From assembly GCA_028286915.1 (NCBI GenBank), contig JAQBQQ010000017.1, forward strand, positions 4,524-68,523: DNA of 64,000 bases, written 5' to 3'. Shown in pieces: positions 37,129 through 44,932 of the stretch (position 1 is the stretch's first letter; each line of letters opens with the position of its first letter). Made by a program: the position numbers and the translations under genes. The DNA comes from Candidatus Peribacteria bacterium (GTDB taxonomy: Bacteria; Patescibacteriota; Gracilibacteria; Peribacterales; Peribacteraceae). The notes beneath the pieces are model-generated. The model saw only the letters and a list, made by a program, of their open reading frames with translations, searched no databases and was not told the origin of the DNA.

Positions 37129-37611
37129 CTAGGGAGTCGTGTCCGTAACGGAACGAGCTCTATAGCCTGGATGCACTCGCGGTCGAATCTTCTGATAAGT
37201 GGCAATTTTCTTGAGCAATTCCCGAAGCGTTTCTTGTTCACTTGTATTTAGCCCAACGCATAATTCTTTCTCATGGTCTTGCGCAATCCGTCCGAGATTT
37301 TGGAGTGTATTTTGCCCCTCTTTTGTCAGGCGCAGTGCGAACGACCGACGATTGTTCGGCCGCGAATGACGTTCTACCAGCGTACGTTTCTCCAGTTCAT
37401 CGAGAAGAAGCACAAGGCGACTGGGAAACATGCCAAGCAAGTCGGCCAGCGCTCGTTGCGTCATATCGGGTTCCTGGCCGAGGATGCGTAGAATCCCCGC
37501 GAGAGGTGGTGTCAGATCGAGTGGCCCTAGTCGTTCGGCAAAGCGCATTGAGGCATATGCGCCGATTTGCGAAAGCAGGAATGCCGAGCTCGAATACGAT
37601 TTCTTCTTCAT
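37129..37611 (-). CDS. MarR-family transcriptional regulator
   Basis: Winged-HTH region LTPPLAGILRILGQEPDMTQRALADLLGM...LVERH. ATG at 37611. Confidence 0.85.
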   Translation of the reverse strand: MKKKSYSSSAFLLSQIGAYASMRFAERLGPLDLTPPLAGILRILGQEPDMTQRALADLLGMFPSRLVLLLDELEKRTLVERHSRPNNRRSFALRLTKEGQNTLQNLGRIAQDHEKELCVGLNTSEQETLRELLKKIATYQKIRPRVHPGYRARSVTDTTP

Positions 37612-37612
37612 C

Positions 37613-37627
37613 GTTATTGACAATAAC
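37613..37627. promoter_or_regulatory. 7-1-7 palindrome GTTATTG-A-CAATAAC in the marR / membrane-protein divergent promoter region
   Basis: Overlaps -35 TTGACA (37617-22) of the plus gene (-10 TAATGT 37640-45) and the -10 TATTGT of marR (TTTACA-17-TATTGT-8-ATG). Confidence 0.6.
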
Positions 37628-37654
37628 AATTCATGAGATTAATGTAAAGTACAT

Positions 37655-38347
37655 ATGGCAATTTCTGACACGCAAAACACAGGCACTCGTCATGCGGGGC
37701 CAAATCCAGGCACCTTGGCTATCGTTTTTACAGTGCTCTTCTTCGCTGGACTTCTCTCCATGACTCTCTTCACAGGGGGTGCGTATCCCACGCCATTCAA
37801 ATCTTCTGAGGAGATTGCCGCCTTCTTCCGAAGTTATCCATTTCAGGTTTCCCTAGGTGCATTCTTCCAGTTCGGTTCTGCTATTCCTCTCGGCCTCTAC
37901 ACCGCTACGATGACGAGTCGTCTGCGCTTTCACGGCGTGCGCTCGGCCGGAGTGGATATTGCCCTCTTTGGCGGCTTCTCGGCTTCTCTCCTGACGCTTG
38001 TCTGGACACTGATACAGTGGACGCTCGCACAGCCAGCTGTCACTTCTGACGGCACGCTGGTACGGGCACTCTTTTCTTTGATCTTTGCATTGGGTGGACC
38101 AGGATATAGTGTTCCACTTGGGCTCCTTATTGCAGGAATTTCTGTTCCTGCCTATTTCTTCCGCCTGCTACCGCGATGGGTGTGTTACTTTGGCTTCGTG
38201 TTGGCAGCCATTGGAGAATTAAGCTCTCTAGGTCTTGTCTTCCCGCAGGTGTTCTTCTTAATCCCACTGACGCGCTTCCCGGGTTTTCTTTGGCTCATTG
38301 CTGCCGGGTACACGTTGCCGAGTCGCACTAGAGCATCATCGAACTGA
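37655..38347 (+). CDS. integral membrane protein (6 TM), divergent from marR
   Basis: 230-aa hydrophobic ORF. Family not recognised. Confidence 0.55.
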   Translation: MAISDTQNTGTRHAGPNPGTLAIVFTVLFFAGLLSMTLFTGGAYPTPFKSSEEIAAFFRSYPFQVSLGAFFQFGSAIPLGLYTATMTSRLRFHGVRSAGVDIALFGGFSASLLTLVWTLIQWTLAQPAVTSDGTLVRALFSLIFALGGPGYSVPLGLLIAGISVPAYFFRLLPRWVCYFGFVLAAIGELSSLGLVFPQVFFLIPLTRFPGFLWLIAAGYTLPSRTRASSN

Positions 38348-38455
38348 CATAGAAAGGCCGGATAGCTAATTCACCGATATTTTAGTTGTATTTCTGCTTG
38401 CCCATACAAAATAGAATGGCTTATATAAGCCTTCGCTGCTACTTTCAGGAAATAT

Positions 38456-38474
38456 AGCGATCCCGCTACGGCGC
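38456..38474. repeat. left arm of a 19-bp inverted repeat flanking the GIY-YIG gene
   Basis: AGCGATCCCGCTACGGCGC. The reverse complement of 38864-38882 is AGCGATCCCGCTTCGACGC (17/19 match). Confidence 0.55.
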
Positions 38475-38479
38475 GATCC

Positions 38480-38719
38480 TTAGAGATATTTCTTAGCAAA
38501 GGCTCTGCCCGATTGGGTTTTTAGGTACCGCTCAAAGTTTTCCGCCTTTTCTTTATCCGTGAACGCAAGATAGCTCTTGATGCGCCAGGGTTTGAATTTA
38601 TTGGTGTGAATGCTTTCGCCGGCATTATGTTCCGCAAGTCGTCTTTGTAGATCGGTAGTCATTCCTACATACCAATGATGTGCGTTCAGCACGGATTCCA
38701 AGATATAGACGTAATACAT
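38480..38719 (-). CDS. GIY-YIG nuclease-superfamily small protein (UPF0213-like)
   Basis: YYVYILES...WYVGMTTDLQRRLAEHN GIY-YIG signature. 79 aa. Confidence 0.85.
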   Translation of the reverse strand: MYYVYILESVLNAHHWYVGMTTDLQRRLAEHNAGESIHTNKFKPWRIKSYLAFTDKEKAENFERYLKTQSGRAFAKKYL

Positions 38720-38863
38720 AGCGGACCAATACTCTGTGATATTGCTATAACTATAAAGATGTACTTAACATGAAAATCTGTGGCACCAGTGATTATATGC
38801 ACTGAGAAGCCACAAAAGGTGTTCCATGCCTCAATGGAACGCCAGCTTACCACCAGCGCAATC

Positions 38864-38882
38864 GCGTCGAAGCGGGATCGCT
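38864..38882. repeat. right arm of the 19-bp inverted repeat flanking the GIY-YIG gene
   Basis: GCGTCGAAGCGGGATCGCT. See 38456-38474. Confidence 0.55.
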
Positions 38883-38939
38883 GCACTATGGAAATCAAAA
38901 TTTTTTCATGCTCGTCAGCGCCTATACCGCGAAGACGGA

Positions 38940-39014
38940 TGGAGCGGGTGAACGGAATCGAACCGTCGTCTTCAGGTTGGAAACCTGAGGTAATAGCCGT
39001 TATACGACACCCGC
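38940..39014 (-). tRNA. tRNA-Gly (anticodon UCC), CCA encoded
   Basis: Hand-folded cloverleaf. Acceptor GCGGGTG/CACCCGC, anticodon arm TCAGG-TTTCCAA-CCTGA, T-arm GACGG-TTCGATT-CCGTT, 3-prime TCCA. 75 nt. Confidence 0.9.
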
Positions 39015-39032
39015 ATAGGTGAATGCCCGACG

Positions 39033-39060
39033 ATTATACGGATTGGCATGGGTTTGTGAA
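39033..39060 (-). promoter_or_regulatory. tRNA-Gly promoter TTCACA-16-TATAAT
   Basis: Minus-strand read: -35 at 39055-39060, -10 at 39033-39038. The mature 5-prime end lies 18 nt after the -10. Confidence 0.6.
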
Positions 39061-39115
39061 GATACAAATATTTTAAAATTCTAAGCACTAAATCCTAAAT
39101 TCTAAACAGAATTCT

Positions 39116-39400
39116 TTATTTTAAGAGTATTTTTAAGGCTTTTGCATCATCAACTTTCCGCCATGGGTGGCAGGTGAGTAGCCGGCATATCAATAGGAAA
39201 GAGCCTATGATAAGACCTTTTTCATAGATTACTTTTTTACCATATTCTGAACACGTTGGCTCGTGCCGGCAATAACCGTATGGGTATAAGTGACGCAGCG
39301 GGCCGTGATCCGGCGATAGTGTCTGCTGGTAGAAGCTGATGGCGGCTACGGCACTGCGACGGGGGAGAAGCCGGAGTTGTTGAATAATGAGTAAAGCCAT
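39116..39400 (-). CDS. yidD: membrane protein insertion efficiency factor YidD
   Basis: ISFYQQTLSP...CRHEPTCSEYGKKVI signature. Confidence 0.85.
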   Translation of the reverse strand: MALLIIQQLRLLPRRSAVAAISFYQQTLSPDHGPLRHLYPYGYCRHEPTCSEYGKKVIYEKGLIIGSFLLICRLLTCHPWRKVDDAKALKILLK

Positions 39401-39472
39401 AGTTTAGCGGTCACACCATTGCACACAGTCCGTCTACAGGGTAGCTTTCAGTGTACCTTTTCTCCCGCACTT

Positions 39473-39727
39473 ATGCCTCTCACATTTGAGCAAATGCTCA
39501 TGTTTCTGTACATGCTTGTGGCTGTCATGCTGATTATCGTGTTATATCACGCTATCTTTGTTATTGTGGATGTTCGTAAAATTACGCGACGGGCGGAGCA
39601 GGTAACGCAGGAAATACAGAGCGTGGTGCTTAAGCCGCTCTCGGTAGTGGATCAGGCGATGGATTTTGTAACGGATTTTCTGCATCAGAAGAAGAAGGCG
39701 GCCAAGAAACACGTTGATCATGAATAA
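39473..39727 (+). CDS. small single-TM protein (DUF948-like)
   Basis: TM helix followed by a coiled region. Start chosen at the ATG at 39473. Confidence 0.4.
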   Translation: MPLTFEQMLMFLYMLVAVMLIIVLYHAIFVIVDVRKITRRAEQVTQEIQSVVLKPLSVVDQAMDFVTDFLHQKKKAAKKHVDHE

Positions 39728-40049
39728 TATGGCCAGAGCTTCGCTTAAAAAAACGGCTGCAACAGATGCTCCCAATAAGGCTCATTTGAAAAAGTCCTTG
39801 GACGATATTCAGAAGGCTATAGAAGCTTTGCCCGCTGAATATGATTATATCTTCAAGCCATCGAGGCACTTGTTTTTCACATTTTTACGCGGCATGGCGC
39901 AGGCGCTTGGCGCTCTTACGGTGGTGGTTATTGTGGTTCCTCTTGTTATCTGGGCATTGTCCAAGATTGAATGGGTGCCGACAGTCGGTGATTTTGTCCG
40001 GCAGGTAAGAGACAGAGTGGAGCAGACGCAGAATACCATGAGGCAATAG
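39714..40049 (+). CDS. small membrane protein (DUF5665-like)
   Basis: FFTFLRGMAQALGALTVVVIVVPLVIWAL block. 14-nt overlap with the previous ORF. Confidence 0.45.
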   Translation: MIMNNMARASLKKTAATDAPNKAHLKKSLDDIQKAIEALPAEYDYIFKPSRHLFFTFLRGMAQALGALTVVVIVVPLVIWALSKIEWVPTVGDFVRQVRDRVEQTQNTMRQ

Positions 40050-40138
40050 CCATTTGGTTCGTTGCACCAGCGAATCAGAAAAATAAGCCGGCAAACGATA
40101 AGCGGGTTGGCAGTATCTGCATTCCCACAAGCTACCAG

Positions 40139-40642
40139 CTACAATACCGGCTGTTCATCAATGAATACTCGTATAAACAGTCGCTTTAGCACATCTACTG
40201 ATGCTTCCAGAATGCTGGCCAGGACGTTGTTGAGCCGGCGTATGCGGGCATAGAGTTTGTTTACTTCATGGGCGGAACCCGGCTGGTTGGCCCTGGTAAT
40301 ATGGCGCGCCTTGGCTGCCAGTTCCTGCACCTCTTTCTGTATGTGACTCTGTAGCTGTTTTTGCATAACGGCTGGTGCCGGAACATTCGCAATAGCCTGG
40401 TCGCGTGGGGAGACGGTTTTGGAGTCGTCGCGTTTTACGCCATTTTGTCCGCCCCCGCCCATATCGCCTGAGCGGTCTTCGCCGGTTCTTTCGCTTATTT
40501 TATCGGAAAAATTATCAAATGTATCAAGTAGCCTATTAAGCTCTATCATCTTCGCCGGCTGAGACACAATCAGCTTTGTATTGTGAGACTCAGGAGAAGC
40601 GTTGAGTGAGGGGCCTTGTTCGGGACTGGAAAGGGTTGCCAT
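40139..40642 (-). CDS. hypothetical protein
   Basis: ATG at 40642 avoids overlap with the divergent HIT gene. No motif recognised. Confidence 0.4.
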   Translation of the reverse strand: MATLSSPEQGPSLNASPESHNTKLIVSQPAKMIELNRLLDTFDNFSDKISERTGEDRSGDMGGGGQNGVKRDDSKTVSPRDQAIANVPAPAVMQKQLQSHIQKEVQELAAKARHITRANQPGSAHEVNKLYARIRRLNNVLASILEASVDVLKRLFIRVFIDEQPVL

Positions 40643-40715
40643 GAATATGCTTATTATACTCCTTTTTGATGTTTCCCGGAAGGAAATGCCCACATTTTGC
40701 CGTACGGGCAGCTTC

Positions 40716-40744
40716 TTGTTATGATTATCAAATCGTTCTACTAT
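40716..40744 (+). promoter_or_regulatory. promoter TTGTTA-17-TACTAT, 7 nt from the HIT ATG (leaderless)
   Basis: -35 at 40716-40721, -10 at 40739-40744, ATG 40752. Confidence 0.55.
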
Positions 40745-40751
40745 AGAATAT

Positions 40752-41114
40752 ATGACTAAGCCTACGATATTCCATAAAATTCTTGCCCGTGAAATTCCGG
40801 CAACCATTGTCTACGAAGATGATGAAGTGCTGGCGTTTACCGATATTCATCCGCGGGCGGAAACGCATATCCTCTTTATTCCCAAGCAGTTCGTGGAATC
40901 CGTCGCTCATGCGCATGATCACCTGGCGCACATTCCAGGCATGCTTATACAAAAAGCCAAACAATACGCCGAGCAACACGGCATTACCGGCTACAAATTA
41001 CAATATAATGTCGGCCCGGATGGCGGGCAGGAAGTACCGTATATTCACCTGCATTTTCTGAGTGATACGCCTCTTGGAAACTCTCCCGAAGGGATCCCTT
41101 CGGAACAGCACTAA
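40752..41114 (+). CDS. HIT-family (histidine triad) nucleotide hydrolase
   Basis: IFHKILAREIPA N-terminus and the histidine triad YIHLHFL. Confidence 0.9.
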   Translation: MTKPTIFHKILAREIPATIVYEDDEVLAFTDIHPRAETHILFIPKQFVESVAHAHDHLAHIPGMLIQKAKQYAEQHGITGYKLQYNVGPDGGQEVPYIHLHFLSDTPLGNSPEGIPSEQH

Positions 41115-41169
41115 ATTTCAAATTCAACTCTCTCCCTATCGATCGGAACGATAGTTTGGAATTTGGTGC

Positions 41170-41832
41170 TTAGGATTTGGAATTTTTTGCTATCACTGTC
41201 TCCAGCAGTCCATCTGTTACTTCATGCAGACTGCCAATAACCACATCTGCATGCAGGTGGATAGGGGAGTCCGGGTTCGGGTCAAAGCCAATACATGTCA
41301 TGCCGGCTGCTTTGGCGGAACGCACGCCGGTGGCGGTGTCCTCCAGGGCGACACACTCATGCGGATCGACACCTAACTTTTTGGCGGCCAGGAGATACAC
41401 GTCCGGGTATGGCTTCCCTCGTCCGGCTTCATCGGCCGTACTTACGGACGCGAATCTGTCTGTTAATTGAAAGCGCACCAGAGCCTCTTCAATCCAGTTT
41501 TTCTGGGACGACGAAGCGATGGCATGAGGAACATGTCTGGCATCCAGCAGATCCAGCAAAGGCAGCACGCCGTCGATTATCTGCGCTTTCGTCCGGTAAA
41601 TGTTCAGGGCGAATGTATCAGTCTTCTTTCGGTATTCCTGCTCAGATATGTGTATATCGTAGTCATCAGCCAGAATGTGGTAAATATCCACCACGCTTCG
41701 CCCTCGCAACAGCGCATTGTCTTCTTCGGTCCAGGAGGGGATAAAGGATCGATACAGCTCCACCGTTCCCATGTCCCAATATTGCTGCGTGTCTAATACC
41801 ACGCCGTCGAAATCGAAGATGAATGCTTTCAT
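41170..41832 (-). CDS. HAD-superfamily hydrolase (beta-phosphoglucomutase/phosphatase-like)
   Basis: MKAFIFDFDGVVLDT motif I. Motif IV EDTATGVRSAKAAGM. Confidence 0.85.
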   Translation of the reverse strand: MKAFIFDFDGVVLDTQQYWDMGTVELYRSFIPSWTEEDNALLRGRSVVDIYHILADDYDIHISEQEYRKKTDTFALNIYRTKAQIIDGVLPLLDLLDARHVPHAIASSSQKNWIEEALVRFQLTDRFASVSTADEAGRGKPYPDVYLLAAKKLGVDPHECVALEDTATGVRSAKAAGMTCIGFDPNPDSPIHLHADVVIGSLHEVTDGLLETVIAKNSKS

Positions 41833-41867
41833 GGGCGGAGTGTAGGGGTGATGTGATTGTATGCCAA

Positions 41868-41897
41868 GGTAGCCGGGGAATTAATTCCCCGGCTACC
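41868..41897. terminator. perfect 30-nt palindrome after rpsA
   Basis: GGTAGCCGGGGAATT/AATTCCCCGGCTACC, 23 nt downstream of the rpsA stop. Confidence 0.65.
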
Positions 41898-41920
41898 TGC
41901 TGTTCCGGAACGTGTTTTCG

Positions 41921-43333
41921 CTACGCTTCGTAACCGGCTTCCGTGGCTTCTTCTTCGGTATTGAAGTACACGCGCTTATCGGCCTTTACCTTTTTGCCCT
42001 GAGCGGAATCGACGGCGTAAAACTTCTTGCCTGCCTTGGAGGCTACAAACTTTGCACCTTCGGGAACCTCAACTTCTTCTTCCGAATCCTCCTTGTCCGC
42101 CGAAGCTTCCTCAGAAGCGGAGGTGGATGAATCTTCTGCTACCTCCTTCTTTGCTTTCTTTGCAGGAGCTTTTTCTTCTTTCTGGGCAGCTTCTTCCTCT
42201 TCGCGTTCTTTCTTGAGGCGCTCCATGGTTTCTTTATCGATAGGCATGAGAGCTTTGATGGAAAGGCCAATGCGGCGTTCGTCGACATCAATATTGATCA
42301 CCTGGGCATCCACTTTCTGGCCGATAGTGAGTACTTCACCCGGGTCTACGATCTTGTGGTGGGAAATTTCGCTTAAGTGCACCAGACCGTTAATGTCTTT
42401 TTCCAGCTTAAGGAAGGCGCCGTAATCGGCAAAGCGGATGACCGTTCCCTGTACTTTCTTGCCGACAGGGTAACGCTCGGCGATTTCTTCCCATGGGTCT
42501 TTGGTTAGCTGTTTAATAGACAGGGACAGTTTCTCGCCGTCCAGACCGATAACCTTCACACTCACTTTGTCGCCCGGCTCGGCATATTCGGATGGGTTTT
42601 TGACATGGCCCCAGGCGATTTCGGAAATGTGGACGAGTCCTTCCAGGCCGTCAAAGGCGACGAACAGACCGAACTTCACAATACCGCTCACAATACCGTC
42701 GCGCTCATCTCCCACCTTTAAGCTTTCCAGAGACTTGGCGCGCTCTTCGCTCATGGCTTCGCGCTCAGATACCACAATTTTGCCGGCATCTTCATCCATC
42801 GTAATGATTTTGACCGTAAACGTATGGCCGATGAATTTGGCCAGGCGGTTGATGATTTCGGAGGCATCGGCGTTATTGACGCGCGGGTAATTTACCGGAG
42901 CCAATTGGGAAACCGGCAGGAAGGTGCGAATACCATCAATGTTGGCGAGCAGGCCGCCCTTGTTGGCTTCCTGAGCCGTAAACTTCATTGTCTGTTCGCT
43001 TTCCACCAGCTTATGGAAGTAGTCCCATGCTTTCTGCTGGCTGGCCATGCGCAATGACATGACAATCATTCCTTCGTCATTTTCCTCCTCCAGCACCAGG
43101 GCTGACACCGTATCGCCGGCGCGGAGATCTTTAAATGTGTGGAACGAGTCGCGGAGCTCACGACCGGAGATAATACCGGTGGCGACTCCTTTAATATCCA
43201 ACAGGAGCTTGTTTTTACCTTTGAAGACGACCATGCCTTCAACCAATTCGCCAGGCTTCACGCGAAGCACGGCAGGGGATTCCTTGAGCAGTTCTTCCAT
43301 CATGGAAGGTTTTTTGGCGGTTGCAGTTGCCAT
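41921..43333 (-). CDS. rpsA: 30S ribosomal protein S1 (four S1 domains) with charged linker and an extra C-terminal module
   Basis: Repeated S1 OB-fold blocks (GxVxG.V....G.F...., HISE). ATG at 43333. Confidence 0.85.
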   Translation of the reverse strand: MATATAKKPSMMEELLKESPAVLRVKPGELVEGMVVFKGKNKLLLDIKGVATGIISGRELRDSFHTFKDLRAGDTVSALVLEEENDEGMIVMSLRMASQQKAWDYFHKLVESEQTMKFTAQEANKGGLLANIDGIRTFLPVSQLAPVNYPRVNNADASEIINRLAKFIGHTFTVKIITMDEDAGKIVVSEREAMSEERAKSLESLKVGDERDGIVSGIVKFGLFVAFDGLEGLVHISEIAWGHVKNPSEYAEPGDKVSVKVIGLDGEKLSLSIKQLTKDPWEEIAERYPVGKKVQGTVIRFADYGAFLKLEKDINGLVHLSEISHHKIVDPGEVLTIGQKVDAQVINIDVDERRIGLSIKALMPIDKETMERLKKEREEEEAAQKEEKAPAKKAKKEVAEDSSTSASEEASADKEDSEEEVEVPEGAKFVASKAGKKFYAVDSAQGKKVKADKRVYFNTEEEATEAGYEA

Positions 43334-43502
43334 AATAAAACAGGGGTGCGAGGGAAGGGATAAAAAGAAGTTTTGACATTCTCGCACGAGCAATGTCATT
43401 TCCTGTCTATTGTGTCATATTTTCTGATCTATACAAGCTTTTAAGATAGTTTTATTTGACAATATTGCATGATTAGTTCTAAATAAGAATTATGGAATTC
43501 TG

Positions 43503-43934
43503 ATGGTCAGAATTTCGCGCTCATTGGAGACAATGGCCATGCTTAACCGGAAAAACTGGGATCTCGTCCGTTCCTTCACGGTCACCAAGAAAGAGCTGCA
43601 AAAGTACGTGGAGGAAAATTTTGTGGAAAGCACTTCTGAGGCAATGATCGATTTCCTTGAGGCTAAATGCAAGGACGCCGGTGAAGAGCTTTCGCTGGAA
43701 GAAATTGCGGACAGGCTCCGCCGCGTGAAAGATGAGCGCCGCAGGCGACATCTTGCAACTGCTATTGGCCTGTTCGCAACGAGCAGCGCACTGAATCTGC
43801 TGCCCGATAAAGCTCGTAAAGGATTTAAACTTCTTGCCGTTCGCGACAATCGTGATTCACCGTCAGAATTGCACTCAGAAGAAACCGAGTTTTCGCGGCA
43901 GCTGGAAGACCGGCTCCTTAACCCGGATGCTTGA
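43503..43934 (+). CDS. hypothetical protein
   Basis: Balanced composition and a terminator right after it. The overlapping minus-strand ORF is S/R-rich and looks like antisense. Confidence 0.45.
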   Translation: MVRISRSLETMAMLNRKNWDLVRSFTVTKKELQKYVEENFVESTSEAMIDFLEAKCKDAGEELSLEEIADRLRRVKDERRRRHLATAIGLFATSSALNLLPDKARKGFKLLAVRDNRDSPSELHSEETEFSRQLEDRLLNPDA

Positions 43935-43967
43935 TCTAAAGCATGGTTGACCCAGAGAGGAAACCAA

Positions 43968-43997
43968 GGGCACACAGCCATGTGCGCCCTTTTTTTT
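43968..43997 (+). terminator. rho-independent terminator
   Basis: GGGCACACA / TGTGCGCCC stem followed by T8. Confidence 0.75.
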
Positions 43998-44013
43998 GCA
44001 AACAAAAATTACT

Positions 44014-44127
44014 CACTGTCACATTGAGCCTGTCGAAATGTGGTCTGAGGAATAATAAAGAAACAGACTAAAAGTGCTGTGGAAGTAATGACTGAGATTA
44101 GGTTTCGACAGGCTCAACCTGACAGTG
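44014..44127. repeat. 25-bp terminal inverted repeats (23/25) spaced 64 nt apart; MITE-like or structured element
   Basis: CACTGTCACATTGAGCCTGTCGAAA (44014-44038) against TTTCGACAGGCTCAACCTGACAGTG (44103-44127). Confidence 0.6.
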
Positions 44128-44207
44128 CCAAAAATATCAAACCACTCACTACTCACTATCAACTCTTGTCGGCCGCAGTCAGCCGCGGCTGACGAAGGCT
44201 GAACAAG

Positions 44208-44930
44208 CTACAAAACATTCTTCTCAATCTTCATTGCCTCAGCCGTTCCCAATTTTTGTTCCTGGCTCGTTTGCGGGTTGAATATCTGGTAGTAGAGCTG
44301 CACCAGCTCCTGCGTATCCAGCCGCTTGGATTGCAGCCCGATATTTTCCAGCCCCGTCTGAATAAGGTTCACGCGATCTTTGAGCTGGTTACTGTGGCTG
44401 CCAAAATCTTTCTGCCGCTGGCCGGCTTTGGCTGTGGAGTCGTCCGGGCTCAGGAAGCCGAAGAACTGCTCCAGCATGGTTTTCTTGCGGATAGTGGCGT
44501 CCAGCGGAATGACGACAAAGAAACGCTTTTGCATAATGTCGGCTACATCCACCAGCTTTTCCACGAAGTCCGCGTACGACAGAGTCTGGTCGCGCAGAAG
44601 AGGATTGGTGTGCTTGCTACTCATGGCGCGCAGTTCGGCCAGGTAAGGATCAATATTGATTTTGGATGACCGGATGACAATCTGAATAGGAAAATTGAGC
44701 GTGTTCATGAAGGATTCGTAGCCGGCAATAATACCGGTCTGCTCGGTTTCGCTTTTTAAGCTGAAGTTGAGTGCCTCTACCTGCAGGACTGCACGAAGCC
44801 CGCCGTTTTTAAGCAGCACGGTGTCATTGCGGATTTCGGCAATGGGCAGAAAACGCTGGGTGGATGTGAGCGCGCCTTTCTTGCGCTGCCGTACGGTGTC
44901 CTTGGCCTTTGGCGGTGTGGTATCGGCCAT
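44208..44930 (-). CDS. VirB4/TraC-like N-terminal-domain-only protein (no ATPase domain)
   Basis: FLPIAEIRNDTVLLKNGGLRAVLQVEALNFSLKSETEQ...FPIQIVIRS resembles the N-terminus of Gram-positive/CPR VirB4-type ATPases. No Walker motifs. Confidence 0.5.
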   Translation of the reverse strand: MADTTPPKAKDTVRQRKKGALTSTQRFLPIAEIRNDTVLLKNGGLRAVLQVEALNFSLKSETEQTGIIAGYESFMNTLNFPIQIVIRSSKINIDPYLAELRAMSSKHTNPLLRDQTLSYADFVEKLVDVADIMQKRFFVVIPLDATIRKKTMLEQFFGFLSPDDSTAKAGQRQKDFGSHSNQLKDRVNLIQTGLENIGLQSKRLDTQELVQLYYQIFNPQTSQEQKLGTAEAMKIEKNVL

Positions 44931-44932
44931 TA

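Noticed and set aside
39082-41176. Similarity between CTAAGCACTAAATCCTAAATTC (39082-39103) and the reverse complement of 41147-41176
   Set aside because: The match is short and low-complexity, and one copy overlaps the HAD gene stop. It is most simply explained as chance resemblance of AT-rich terminator stems.
43490-44005. 171-aa minus-strand ORF overlapping 43503-43934
   Set aside because: The Ser/Arg/Cys-rich composition is typical of an antisense frame. The plus-strand ORF has balanced composition and is followed by a clean terminator. The choice remains somewhat uncertain.
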